A program made the translations under genes and the position numbers. A stretch of DNA of 64,000 nt from Eledone cirrhosa (lineage: Eukaryota): positions 92,628,001 to 92,692,000 of the forward strand of contig OZ024746.1 of NCBI GenBank assembly GCA_964016885.1, read 5' to 3'. Positions 1 through 17,884 of the stretch are shown here, one piece after another (within the stretch, counting starts at the first letter, position 1; every line of letters begins with the position of its first letter). A model generated the notes under the pieces. The model was not told where the DNA came from, made no database searches, and saw only the letters and a program-made list of their open reading frames with translations.

Positions 1-27
1 GTTAAAAAATTTATGATTTAATATAAA

Positions 28-216
28 TGTTTCTACTTTTGGCACAAGGCCAGCAATTACCTAGTGCATTACTGGTACTTTACTTTATCGACCCAGTAAG
101 GATGAAAGGCAAAGTTAACCAGGGCGGGATTTGAACTCAGAATGGCAAGGACCGTAACTCTATGCCTCAAAGCATGGCGTCCGACCCTCTACCGATACTG
201 CCAATCCACCTCCTTA
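28..216 (-). mobile_element. tRNA-derived SINE, near full length
   Basis: Minus strand has an A-box-like TGGCAGTATCGGT, a B-box GAGTTCAAATCCC, the body GCCTTTCATCCTT..GGGTCGATAAA..AAGTACCAGT and the tail GGCCTTGTGCCAAAAGTAGAAAC. The same family recurs at 9.2, 14.0, 17.0, 43.6 and 48.4 kb. Confidence 0.85.
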
Positions 217-235
217 TTTAAGGTCATAATATAAT

Positions 236-3955
<3,720 letters not shown>

Positions 3956-4014
3956 ATACCTAACTGTACCAAGGATCTCACACATTTTCCAATATATATA
4001 TATATATATACTTT

Positions 4015-4066
<52 letters not shown>

Positions 4067-4193
4067 TAACCCATACAATCACTAATACTCTTTTATTCCT
4101 AATTAAACCATTTTTCAACTGTGAACAATTTGTCAGCATTTTCTATTCCGTTTACCAATATATAATAACTTGTGTGTTACACCTCTATTCTTT

Positions 4194-4258
<65 letters not shown>

Positions 4259-4601
4259 TAATGATTGGTGGAGGGAGCAAAAAAATCAACTGCAGATAAA
4301 ATAAATAATCATAAATGTCACCAATATTGATGAACAGATGTAGATACTATTTTACAATTTTTCTCTTACAATTTATATGACACCAATTGTTGACAGCTAA
4401 CGAATATATATATAGCAATGATTAATGGAGAAGCAAAAACCAACTGTAGATAACATAAATAATCATTTTCACTAATTACATTGAGTGTTGCATGCATTAA
4501 ATATTTACCTCCTGTCACTTGATGTATTATGTATATGGTTAAAAATAAACGTTATATCTTTTCTGGAAAAAAAGATTCCACTTACAATCACTTTACATAT
4601 A

Positions 4602-4683
4602 CAGGGTGTCCCTAAAAAAAAATGTATACATACCTCGATTATAATGTTGTTAACGTATCTATACATTTTTCGTGGACATACTA
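4602..4683. mobile_element. ~80 bp Tc1/mariner-type MITE, diverged copy
   Basis: TA-CAGGGTGTCCC..AAAATGTATA left end with a decayed inverted right end. Paralogous to 21221 and 39308, including the upstream flank. Confidence 0.6.
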
Positions 4684-4752
4684 TCTATTATCTATCTATA
4701 TATATATATCAATGATATTAATAAATGGAAACTATATTTATAAAACCATATT

Positions 4753-4805
4753 TATTCTATTATATATATTTCAAGGGTACCAAAACGCACTCATCAGATA
4801 AAATA
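4753..4805 (-). ncRNA. Minimal type-I hammerhead ribozyme motif at PLE 3' end
   Basis: TATTTTAT-CTGATGA-[stem II, partly deleted]-GAA-ATATATAT(palindromic stem III)-A-ATAGAATA. Stem I pairs with one G-U. Confidence 0.7.
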
Positions 4806-5236
4806 CAAAGTTTGTTTTATAAATATTGACATATCAAGGAAGGAGATCTCAACAGTTCAAGTTAGTCCTGGGTAGTAAAAGGAAACAGGGGAAAGAGAGG
4901 AAAAGTCAAATATTTCAAATTATTAAGATGAATATGCAAATGAGGTTGAGGTATAGGGCTGAAAAAAACAACGTTATTTTTAGACGCTAGGTAGATTTAA
5001 ATAATTATTAGGATATATATATATGTATGTGTAGGAAGAAGAAAGAGAAAGAAAAGCTTGTATTTACGTGAATTTAAAAAGAATTAACAGTTTGTAAGAA
5101 TGGTGGAATATGATTCCAGAATTTTAAAAAATATTTAGCTGTATTATGAGTTATAATATTATATATATAATCAGTTAGATTATATGAAGAATTATGGTTG
5201 TAAGTACATTTTATCTTATTATATTGTAACAGGTTG

Positions 5237-6196
5237 CGACTGGCACATCGAATGTGCTCAGGCGCTCACAGTCCTCTGGAAAACGGACCCGACGATCAGT
5301 GGAGACTCCACTTCGACATTCTATAGAGAGTTGGTCCGCAGCAAGTGCGACGACGCGCTCGGAGAAACTCTAGGCGTAGAGGGGGACGAACTGGCCAGTC
5401 TGTTCGGTAGAACCTTCCGCCGGGGACCAATGGACAACTTCCAAAAGTCCCTGGCCTGGTAGTGCTACCGAGGAGTTCGAGACAAGCTCTACAGTTCGAG
5501 ACAGCTCTACAGACACGGGCGCCCGGGTAGGGACCCTTCGAAAAAGATCTGTCCGAGATGCGTGCGCGACGAGGAAACAGTCGCGCACGCATTTGTACAC
5601 TGCCCTGGCGTTACCGACCTGTGGAGCTATGTAGAACGACTATTGTCGCGGGTGGGACCAATCCAGTTCACCACCGAGTCCATTGTCATGATGAAACCGC
5701 CACCCTCCTTCAAAAACGAGGGAGAGGCGGTTTTCCTATGTGTTATGGCTATGGTGAAAGAGGTTATATGGTGGACGAGGTTAAAAGGGCTGAGGTCAGA
5801 CACCTTTCTCTCCGGCCAACAACTGATTCGTTTTTTCAAATATCATTTTGGAAGAAGAATCAGGATGGAGAGAGAGGTGCTGTACCCCAGCAAATTTTAT
5901 AAAAGGTGGGTGAATGTGGCAAAGATGACCCGAGTGGTTGAGCCTTCTCTCTATATAAGCCTGTAGGTTGAGGAAGAGAGGAAGGGAGTACTCACTCTTC
6001 GTACTCCTGGAGGTGAGGGTTGTACATTTTTTCGGGGTGTGTACAACCCCTGTGTAACGCCTCCACCCCACCCCCTATTGGGGATTTCAATTGTTATTTG
6101 TTATTGTATTAATAGTTTTATTTTCATATACCTGTATGTAAACTCCCCATTTGTATTTGTCCCCTTCTTTTGTGCCCTTGTGGCTAATAAAAAAAT
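5237..6196 (+). mobile_element. 5'-truncated Tx1/L1-clade LINE 3' end with 18-bp TSD
   Basis: C-terminal CCHC motif CPRCVRDEETVAHAFVHC...LW, with an in-frame stop near 5460. Ends AATAAAAAAA. TTATATTGTAACAGGTTG is duplicated at 5219-5236 and 6197-6214. Confidence 0.9.
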
Positions 6197-7029
6197 TTAT
6201 ATTGTAACAGGTTGTAAGTATATAAATATCCATATAGATTAATAAGTGTGCAAGTATAAGTATTATGGGTGATTTTATAGAAATAAAACACGTATTAATT
6301 GTTTACATTTCTAATATGAGTTACGAAGGATCTTGATTTTACATTTTACATAAATATTTAAGAAAAAGACGTAGTTCAAATTGTAAGAGAATAACAATTT
6401 GTAGATTCAAATATTTTCATCTAACATTGAAAATGTTTTCAGAGCATTGTTAATTTAGCGAAATTATATAATTTATCATACAAGTTATCATGTCTATGTT
6501 TGCTCAATTGTAAAGGAAAAGATAACTCCAATATTATTTGCTAACCATTAAATTTGATGAATGATTTTCTTAGAATGTATGTAGAGAAAATTATATATTA
6601 TTTTGCGTGAGATTATAAGGTATTTTATATTATATGTTTTTCAAGGATGAGAATTTCTATTAGATATTATCTACGTCGAAAGATGTGTGAAAAGTTTGAA
6701 GATTAAAGAGGGGAAACATGTATTTTTATATAAGTCAAGAGTGTATTTAAAAGGACTATCGTAAAGAGGATATCTTTCAGAATGTCATTTAAAGAGTATC
6801 AATTTAAATCTAAAAAATATCTAAATCTAAAAAAAAAAATCTAAAAAAAATAGATTAAAAAGAGTATCATTAGGAAAAGAATATCAAATGGTAAAAATAC
6901 TAAATTTAAGAAGGAAGATCATTTAACAAATTTAAATTTTTTAAAGAAAAACTCAGTAAATAATAGGATCATTTTAAAGGTGTATAAGATGTATTCAAGT
7001 GTAATGAATATCATAGATTAAAAATACTT

Positions 7030-8890
7030 CGGAAAGTGAATTTTTGGTGATGTCTGCAAGAAGTAAATAATTCTGTTTTTAAATTAATCGAGTTTTGACA
7101 GTTAATTATATAAAAAAATTTCCTCGATACACAAATGACAGATTCTTGAGAAAGCCATATTTCGGTATGCAGGTGCTTTCGAAATCGTTCCCCAAGATAT
7201 TAAATAGTCTATATTGTTGTCCTTTAAATTCCAAATTAGATGTGAAAGTGAAGTGGAAGAGTTTTTATCGGGCCTATTAAATGTATGTTTGCGGTTGTAC
7301 CAGCGTTCTTTGAATTTTGTAGAAGTGGTACCTATATAGTTAAATATTTTGTCTCTAGTTTTAACTGTGCATTTATAAATTAAGTTTTTGTCTAAGCAAT
7401 TATTTTGTAAAGGGTAGTTTGATTTAATTCTACAGTTACAATTTCTGGAGTTGTTATTACTAGGAACGGTACTATTATTATGAATATTGTTATTAGAAAT
7501 ATTATTATTGCTAGCTTGGTTTGTTTGGTTAGGGTTTAAATTTAATTTTCTATTATTAATTCTATTTATATTTTGTTCTATGTTCATAGTAGTAGAGTAG
7601 AATAGTTTTATAGTGTGTCTGTTAAAAATAGAGTGGTATCTGTAGGCTTTCGGAAAACACTTATCCAGTGCTTTGAAAAATAGCTTTGCTAAAGGTTTTT
7701 TAACGCCTAATGAGAATGAGGGAGAGTACCAAATAATATTTCTAGTCCTAGTTTTTGGGTTTGGTTTACTATTTAAGTTGAATTGCTTATTGTTATTATA
7801 GTGAATTCTAGGATGATTTGTCATGTTATTGTTATCTAAGTATTTAATTTTATTCGAATATCCTGCTCTATGTAAAGCCTCATTATAATATTCTGCCTTA
7901 TCATCAAAAATATTTTTATTAGCAGAGATGCGTGAAATCCGTTGTTGGACCCTATTGACAATAGTATTTTTTATATTTCTAGGATGATTAGAATTGAAAC
8001 TTACGTAATTTAGATTTTCATTCATTTTATGGAATGGATAATAAGACCTGAGCTAAGTTTTAAGGTTACATCTAAGAAGTTAACGATTTTATAATTATTC
8101 TCGATTTCTAAATTAAGATTGTAGTTGTTGAAAAACTGTATTATGGATTTCTTTTTCCTATTAATTTCACTATTGCTATGGTTTACAGTTAAAAGTAACA
8201 TATCATCACGATATAAACCTCCGGTCATCTCTGGCATTTTTCTATGCAGTACATTATTAATAAATAACACAACGAGATCTGCTACTTGCGTCGAGTCAGA
8301 TGATCCCATAGTGATATCAAAATTGTTTTGTCTGTCGGCTCTTGTCCGGAGATGGTTATTAAATTCTATTAGGGTTTTACGTGCTGTTAGAATGATATTC
8401 ATTTCTTCACTAGATAAGTCTGTATGTTTAGAAGCGTAAATAGGTGCCTTATTAAGTAAGCTAGGGGTAATAGAGGAGTAGTGATTTGCAATATCCATTT
8501 GAATGGATTTTTTCTTGTTTCAATTTTATGTTTTTAAATCAATCTATAACATCATTAGTACCGTTCCATAGTTTAAGGTGTGGTTTTTCTTTAAGTAGTG
8601 GTATAATTCTATCTAGTATATGCTTGCTAATTATGCCTAAGTCAGATTTAGATGGTGCGATGAGTCTGACTGATAGTTCAACTTCAAAATTTCTTTTGTG
8701 GTCCTTCAAGTTAATCTTCGGTTTTCTAGGTGTAAAGCGTTCAGTCTTATTTTGAATGCCTAATTTATAAATAATTTCCGAAGCTTCTCTATTAAGAGTT
8801 GAAAGATCTTCATTTGATGTCCTTTTGTAGTTTTTCCTGAGTTTCTTCAGTATTAGGTTATTATACTCGTCCTTTTCCATACCATATAAA
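7030..8890 (-). pseudogene. Hydra-type PLE reverse transcriptase + GIY-YIG endonuclease, frameshifted
   Basis: LKDHKRNF..VRLIAPSKSDLGIISK, MDIANHYSSI, FDITMGSSDSTQVADLV, GGLYRDDML, VNFLDVTL, SNHP, CNCR..PL..CL..NLIYKCTV..YIGTT..FKERWYNRKHTF..CHLC..E. Confidence 0.9.
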
Positions 8891-9226
8891 TTATATATAA
8901 TTATTAATATCATTGATATTATACTCCAGAAAACTTGTCGAGTGCTTCGAATCAGTTATAAACATATATATTTGTTGAATTACCAACAAATTAAATATCC
9001 CTTTTGATTATCTATATATATAGAAAAGTAACACACGAGTTCATATATATAAAAACAAAAAGTAGAACGGAAAAAGATGTTTTCAATAGAAAATGTTGAA
9101 GAGATTTATTCAGTAAAATATCAAAACATTAATTTACTTACAATACCGGTTTCAGCATTATATGCTGTGTTGTGTTTAACTACAACAAATGTCTAAATGA
9201 TCAATCTGCATTATTTAATGACCCAA

Positions 9227-9340
9227 AATGAGTTCAATTCCCACCGAGGTTAACTTTGCCTTTCATCCTTACGGGGTCGATAAAATAAAGTACCAGTAAT
9301 ACACTGAGTAATTGCTGGCCTTGTGCCAAAAGTAGAAACA
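9227..9340 (+). mobile_element. 5'-truncated SINE with 17-bp TSD
   Basis: Runs from the B-box to the tail. ATTATTTAATGACCCAA is duplicated at 9210-9226 and 9341-9357. Confidence 0.85.
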
Positions 9341-9756
9341 ATTATTTAATGACCCAATGACTGTCCCAATTCCCCTTTACTCTCGTAATATATTTGATTG
9401 TAAACTTTGATCAAAACCTCCTTTTCTTTTCTTCCTTTAGTTCTCCCTTGGTCTCATCACACAGTTTCCCTCTGCTAATATACTCTCCACCAGTGCATAT
9501 ACAGAGTAATTCTTCCAGCCTAGTAAACGGAAGTAATAGGATAATCATCTCCAGCTTTTTGTCTGCAGAAAGATCTCCAACAGATTGTACCCAAATGAAT
9601 TCGGTTTTTCTGCTGAGTAGTGGTTCATTACTGAACAGTTTTTAAAGAGATAAATGTTTATGGATTGCCGAAAGTTCACATACACATACATGCATACGCA
9701 TATATATACACATACACACACACACATACACATATACATCCATATATATATATATA

Positions 9757-9937
9757 TAAAGAAAAAAAGATGAAATCGAAAATGCAACTGAAGTCTTATT
9801 TTTTAAAGTAGAGTTGAGATGGAGGGTCTGTGGTTTTTCTCACATCTGATGTGAGAAAAACCACAGACCCTCCATCTCAACTCTACTTTAAACAATAAGA
9901 CTCCAGTTGCATTTTCGATTTCATCTTTTTTCTTTAT
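9757..9937. repeat. Near-perfect palindrome, ~90-bp arms, 1-nt spacer
   Basis: ...GGTTTTTCTCACATC-T-GATGTGAGAAAAACC..., centred on 9847. Confidence 0.9.
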
Positions 9938-10044
9938 ACTTTCACTCGTGTAGGACACCGGTTATTTTTCATTTTGTAAAAAAAAAACTCACTTTCTAAT
10001 ATATATATATATATATGTAATGGATAACAAAATATCGTTATAGG

Positions 10045-10781
10045 TAATCCAGTTAGAGGTTGTCAGAGAAACAATTGTTAGATTGTAAATAAATTCCCCT
10101 TTTTTGTACCGTTGACCATGTTATTCTTCACATTTTTTTCAATTATATATATATATATATACACATGCATACACCCACACATACATGTACATACATACGT
10201 ATATACATACACATACACACACATATACATATATATACATATATATATATATACACACACACATATATATATACACACACATATATATTTATATATATAC
10301 ACACACATATATACACACATACACACACACATATATATATCACACATACGCACGTGCATACATACACATATATACACACACATATGCACACATACATATA
10401 AATATGTACACACATATCTGTATACCTACAGACATATATATAAAAAAAACACCTCTATACATACATATATGTATACACATCCACTCAAGTGTTTAAGTTC
10501 ATATATACATTGGTATGGGGAAGGGGAAACTAATGAAATGTTATTGTACCTCTGGGGGTTTTCTTCTCTTCAGAGATCGAATGTTTGAAAGTACGGGTGT
10601 CATCAACTATTTTTCTTTTTCAATATGAGATTGTTTTAAAGAAAAGAGAGGGGGAGAATCCCGTTGGTTGAAGATGGAATATCACTTTTTTTGTGTTCAG
10701 TAGTGGTTTGTATTTTCTTCCCCCTCTCTTTTCTTTCAAGAAATCTCATATTGAAAAAGAAAAATAGTTGATGACACCCGT
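10045..10781 (-). mobile_element. Neptune-like PLE 3' fragment with fold-back junction; paralog of 24891-25709
   Basis: Matches 2100-2445. At ~10718 the sequence flips into its own reverse complement, at the same junction as ~25644. Confidence 0.75.
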
Positions 10782-11619
10782 CTTAAGTAATCCCTTTTGA
10801 TTCACAAGGGAGAAATAACAGTTCATTGCAGAGGTGATTATAAAGGAATATGAGATGTGTTTATTATACGTAAACATATTGTATATGCCTCCGTATACAC
10901 CTCTATTATGAAACACGCTATGTTAGTGCTAATGCAATTAATTGAATATTAGTCTATGTGTTTATATTCGAAATCTACATAAAATTCATAGTGCTATTTT
11001 CTTCTCTCTTTCCCTCTTTTCCTTTAAAGTTGGTTTCGGTACACGAAGTTGGGTACTGTAGGGGGCTTATATAATGTCAGGTCGAAGGTTAGGGTCTTTT
11101 GATTCACAAGGGAGAAATAACAGTTGATTGGAAGTGATGGCATGCTGTGTCTAACCATTCTATTAGTATCTTTACACATGTCACACGATAAATGGACGTA
11201 ACTCTTGTTCTGAATCCCTATGTTACATCTGAAATATTCTTTGCTAATTGTGTGAAGTTACCTTTCTAGGAGATCCTCGTTAGATCACCACATACATAGA
11301 TAGCAGAAGGAATTAGAATGGTTGAGACGATACTGTAGCGTGTCAAATCATCTACATGAATATAACACTGGCTTTCATCTGTCTGCCTCACCATTTACGC
11401 CATCCCGGGAGAGACTTAAACGTGACTGCATGGCTTGTGTTTTCATCTCATGAGCGGTGCCTTCTGTGCCTTCTGTGTGTGTATGTGTTTGTGTTTGTTA
11501 TGTCTACGTGTGTTTTATGTGTGTGGGGGGTGTATATTTTGCTGTTTTGCTATCTGTGTATTATTTCTCTATTCTGTCTTCGGTTGTTAAATTCCACTCT
11601 TTTTTTTTCTGTTCAGGCT

Positions 11620-11840
11620 AGAACTATCATCTATTGTGTGTGTGGCCTCCGTAATTTGTCTGAGTGTTGCCTCAGTTCTATGTGTGGATATCATTTTTAA
11701 TATCTATGTTATCTATAGAGCCCTCATGTTCTAGTTTGGCATGTTGCTATAGCGCTGCCGAACGTTTCTCCTCCTTAAGTTCTCGCCAGTTTACCTTTAA
11801 TCTCTAGCCAATACTACGGGCTGTCTCTCTTGTGTATGTA
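11620..11840 (-). pseudogene. Decayed GIY-YIG of a Naiad-like PLE
   Basis: YTRETARSIG*RLKVNWRELKEEKRSAAL*QHAKLEHEG...TLRQITEA aligns by eye with the ORF at 58992-59309. Confidence 0.7.
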
Positions 11841-11899
11841 AGGAGAAACTAAAAAATTGATCAGAATGATCAAAGAGAAAGTTAAAAGTTTCATTCGAA

Positions 11900-12200
11900 G
11901 GCAAATTGCCCAATACTCTTCTGTCTATCTTCATCTGTCTATCCAAAGCCAGCTCTTTCCACTGTAGTAAAGCTTCATATTCCTGGTGGAACAAGTCCAT
12001 ATTGGAAAGGAAAGTATGTCACCTACTAAAAGGGAGCAAGCGTCGATGGGGGGTATGAAAGCAAGGTAGATCGAGAACACCAAACTGTTAGGGCAAGACA
12101 GCCTGGTTGTAGGACTCTGGAGAGAGTTGGATATTGACAAGGCCCGAGATCTCACTGAAGATTAAGTCGTCAAATCGTTGGAGAAACGACGAGAATCTGG
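11900..12200 (-). mobile_element. Old CRE-clade LINE fragment (partial copy at 31049-31270)
   Basis: [35 protein letters not shown] resembles the CRE post-RT motif L..FD......N......QA.LP..GG. Confidence 0.55.
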
Positions 12201-12956
12201 ATGGAAAATCAGAAAATATTTGGAATCATTAAAATTATTTCACTGCATTCTTTTTACCTTAGAATATTTACCAAACACGCATTGTCGGGCTTCCAAATAA
12301 CCAGATTCATTTCTTATTTGTATTTGTATGTTTAAGTCAGTATATTTCAACATGATATTTCAGGGCTATCATCCTGTTTATTTCAACGGCAAACTCCAGA
12401 AACACGTATCTGACCTTCTCACGTGACTGCTGAGATAGCTGTGACACACTACACATCGAAATTGCTGGTGTAAAATTCTTATCAGCAAAAATGGCTGAAG
12501 CATGCCTGCAGTTATTGGCGTGGTGCAACTACATTGTCTATATTCTACTTTTAATTAAATTCAATTCATTCAAATTTTGGACTTGTCTGCCTTATCAGTA
12601 ACGTAACCAGTCTTTCCTTTTACTAGTCATGTAATTTTAGCTATGAAATTGTTTGTGCTCCCCATAGCAAGTATGTTACCACCAGCCATAGAATCTTTAT
12701 AAAGGTTTAAGAATATAACAAATTCAAGTATCTTGCATAAATTTTGTTTATTGATCGTCAATATACCTACAATAATTCAGAGAATAATCATTGTTATTTC
12801 TTTGACCAAGTTAGATAAATTCTTTTCATTTAAATTTTAATTCAATTCGTGGACATCCTACAAAGGAAATTATAATTAAGTCATTATACACTAAAAGCAA
12901 CTTTAAAATTCATTATAACCAATATCCTAAAAACCTACAACACTTAACATTTAGAT

Positions 12957-13102
12957 TACCGGTCGCCAACATTCAGACCTCTCGGACCACTAAATTCATA
13001 ATTTTGATTATCAAATATGATTCTTTTTAAAAAGATAAATACATTAAAATTTTTTGCTGGACCACCAAAGTTTTCTCGCGGACCACTGGTTGGCGACCAC
13101 TG
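12957..13102. mobile_element. hAT-like MITE (copy at 32011-32156)
   Basis: Imperfect terminal inverted repeats CCGGTCGCCAAC / GTTGGCGACCACTG, with subterminal GGACC/GGTCC motifs. Confidence 0.55.
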
Positions 13103-13349
13103 ATTTAGCTGATTTAGTTTTATGAAAAGTTGTGGACAGAGAGCCAATCCACGATAAACAATACAAGTTCCCACAAATCTTCACACTCATCAGCTATCAA
13201 ACCAGCAAAATGGTTTCGCATGATTCTGCTTTGACGTGTGTGTGTGATAAAACAAACAGAACAGATAGAAGGAGGAAAGAAGACAAAGAAAGAAAACAAC
13301 GGGATAGTGGACATCAAATTGAAATCATATATATACATATATACATATA

Positions 13350-13940
13350 CAGGGTGGGGCATAAGGATCTCTCACATTTTGAAGGGATATAAAAAAATGA
13401 ATATAATTATTTAGAAACAAACTAATTATATTTATAAAAAGTACAAAAGAATAGCTTTGTTTTAATGTTTGTTTTTAAATGACATTAGACAAATGTCGGC
13501 CGTCGTTGGCAATACATTGATAAATTTGTTCCCGGAAGTTCTACATGACGCTCTGTGTCATGTATGGTGGAATTACGTCGATTTCCTATCTGATATTTTC
13601 CTTCAAATTATAAAGAGTTCAAGGACGATATTGGAATCCCCTTTTCCTTTCGGTAGCTCCAAAGTAAAAAGTCACAATGGCTTATATCTGGCAGCCACAC
13701 GACATGTTCCCTTGCAGAAATCAAACACCCAAGAAACATTTCACACAAAACTCCGAGCGAAAGTCGTGCTATGTTAGCTGCGGCCTCGTCATGTTGAACC
13801 GGATATGCTCTGTATCCAAATCATCCAGTTTGGTGCACAGAAGGGTCTCCAACATTTCAATGTACCGGTCAGAGTTTACAGCAGCCAAATCACACCAATG
13901 TCGGCAACTGCACATCAAACAGTTACGATAGGTGAGTCTC
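13350..13940 (-). mobile_element. Tc1/mariner (rosa/DD41D-like) transposase 3' remnant with TIR (copy at 32404-33002)
   Basis: SPIVTV*CAV, VNSDRYIEMLETL and FQHDEAAA motifs across frames. Ends CACCCTG-TA. Confidence 0.7.
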
Positions 13941-13999
13941 ATCGATACTCAGAAGACAGCTGCAGTGGGAACTTGTTCAAGAACGATTATTGTTAGAGA

Positions 14000-14090
14000 T
14001 TATTGTTGCCTTTCATCCTTATGGGGTCGATAAAATAAAGTACCAGTAATGTACTGGGTAATTGCTGGCCTTGTGCCTAAAGTAGAAACA
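14000..14090 (+). mobile_element. SINE 3' fragment with 14-bp TSD, present only in duplication copy A
   Basis: ATTATTGTTAGAGA at 13986-13999 and 14091-14104. There is a single copy at the empty site ~33049. Confidence 0.85.
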
Positions 14091-14096
14091 ATTATT

Positions 14097-15230
<1,134 letters not shown>

Positions 15231-16980
15231 ATTTAACCACTTCAGTTTTAATGCTGCACTACAAAGGAAATAAAATTAAGTTATGTGAAAGACGGAATAA
15301 AAATTACCTTAAATGACCTTAAATATTTTCCCTGTCACGATGGAAATTTTAGAAATATCAGAGGAGACGTAAGAAAATTGCCGGAGATGCACCAAAAATG
15401 TATCCTAATACGATTGGTTAGCTATTTTTATTATACTCACACGTTTCATAAAATACCATAACGTGAAGTGATCCTGATATTATGTTTCTTGTCATTAGTG
15501 AAGCAAGTCATTATTGCATTTTTCTTTACATCATGCCATTGTTCACCATTTCCAACACACTTATTTTTAATGGTCCGACAATCTGTAAATTGAAAACAAC
15601 AGACAGCATATTTGTTATACTACTAAAGCTTTTACCTACGATATCATGATATTCATAAAAAATACATTTTAGGGGGGTGCTTTTATTTATATGTATTTAT
15701 GTGTTTATAAACCTTCTATTACAAAACCGTTTAAGCATTTTTTATTGATTTCAAAATATTTTCTGAAATCTAAAAGGATTAAGATGAAAGTGTATATGTT
15801 TACGTTCTGTAACTAGGGATTGTAAAGTGACAGCTTACATTTCTCTGTTTATAGTATCCACAATCACCCTTAAAGGGATATAATATTGGGGTATATTTTA
15901 TTGTGTAAATATTGAATGAGATTAGGATTTGGTATAAATGTGGATGTGGTGGCTTTATATGTGTTTTTGTTATGACAGTGTTAGGAATAAACGTTGCTTT
16001 GGTTGATGTGGAATGTGGAAGCGTAGAATGGAATTCATGTGGTTAGTTGTCTGAACCATATCGAATGAAATGATCTGGTTATTTTTTTTTGTATATGTTT
16101 GGTTTCTCTAAGTAATGGCTTTCGTTTGAGCATATGCCTAAATTTATGTACATATTTATATTTATAATCACAGTTTATAAGTTTAACCTTGCATGCGTAT
16201 TATAATATTATAGGTGTATCATTACTGGGGAATGTTTGTTGAGATTGTAATTAATTTGGAGAGTCTATTAAGATATTGATTTTACACTGATTAAAACCTA
16301 GTTTAACGTTCAGTTGAACAGGCAACCTCAATAATATATGATAAATCACTGATCTGAAACATAGAAAAAAGGTAAAATATATTGAAGTGATGATTCTCAA
16401 ATTCATTAATAACAATTATCTTTCATGTTACATTATCCCATCAGCTTCACATAACAACAGACATTTTGAAAATTGAATACGATTGTTGCATACAAATTTC
16501 CCATTTACCAGTCTTGCAACTTTTTCTACATGTTAAGTTCGCAAAATACTTTCCGTTTGTATTTATATCTGCAGTCAGAATTCAATTCTGTAGAGCTTGA
16601 TTTTGCCTTTCACCATAATTAGCTGTGGTCTGAGGTGGCCACCTTCATTTGTGTTCCAGCTGGTTATTTGTTATGAGCAAGCGCCAAAGAATTACACTTA
16701 CCTATTGTATGCAAAAGGATACACAAAATAAGTGTAAAAAGGCATTTTGTTGTTACAAAACCTTATTAAAGAAATTTTTTGTGAACTTACAAACATGTTT
16801 AGGATATATTTTCCATGATTTCCAACCGATACGAATGCATTTTTGCTTGACACACATCTGTTCGTTCATTATCATCCATTCTTCTTTAAATCCACGGCAT
16901 TTTCCTTGGTTGAAACATCCATTGCATTCTAAATATTAATATAGTACAATATTATTAACGAAGCAATATTATATAGTTGT

Positions 16981-17122
16981 AGGCAGCAATTTGGCAGAGT
17001 CGTTAGAACGTTGAATAGAATACTTTACAGTATTCGTTGAAGCTCTTTGCACTCTGAATTTAAATCCCGTGAAGATCAATTTTGCCTTTCATCCTTTCGA
17101 TGTAGATAAAAACAGTACCAGT
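16981..17122 (+). mobile_element. Diverged SINE (copy at 35919-36060)
   Basis: TGGCAGAGTCGTTAG head and GCCTTTCATCCTTTCG body. Confidence 0.7.
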
Positions 17123-17884
17123 CCATTTCTGAGGTAAGGTCTCCATCTATAACTGTTTCTCTCTATCACTCTCTCCTTCCCTGGAAGAAATCTGCTGTGT
17201 ACCCACCTGGAGAGGAATGGGCTTCATCATGTTTCAGATGCTCATGAAACACCGTATATCAATACACTGTCCCTATGACACCATGAGGAGTGACGGATAC
17301 ATACAATATTATATAGTTAGTATTTAATAAAGTAATTTTATTATTAATTATGAGAAAGTAGACTTGACATCGCTAATATACCGCATATATGCTATCGAAT
17401 CTGCTTCAGTGAATTTCAGTGTTGAAATCCAGTAAGATTAATTGACTCAGCCCCTCCCTGTTTCGTTAAAACACTTGTGATTAAAAAACGACATCAATAT
17501 TTATCAACAGAAACCTATAATCTACAAATTGGCTCAGTTATTGCTGAAAGAAACTATTATTTTGGAGCGGAAGGTTAACACGAAGAAGAGGTAATACCGG
17601 TATATAATTGTGGTCCAACAGTTGTTCTGTTGTTTGTATTTATAAACAGTCGTAGAGTAAGAATAAATTATGTGAATATATCTAAATATTTAAAAACGTT
17701 TAATTGATCATTATGTATCAACAATCAATTTTAGAATGTAATTTAGGAACATATTACAGGTTATATCTGCTTAAAATAATTTTCATTTACATAACCAAAA
17801 ATTTGATGTCTCTCATAGACACAGAATATAATAGCATGATGAATATATATATATCCATAAAGGTAGACTTTAAAATATGAGAAC

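Larger units (their letters stand above)
4712..9010 (-). mobile_element. Hydra-type Penelope-like element, near full length, decayed, (TA)n-flanked, with nested LINE
   Basis: RT-EN coding remnant at 7030-8890, long AT-rich 3' region, hammerhead at 4753-4805. Both termini abut TA repeats. Confidence 0.85.

Noticed and set aside
15840-16330. Very old PLE thumb-like fragment (ICSNESHYL..PDHFI)
   Set aside because: Too decayed to call from two short motifs.
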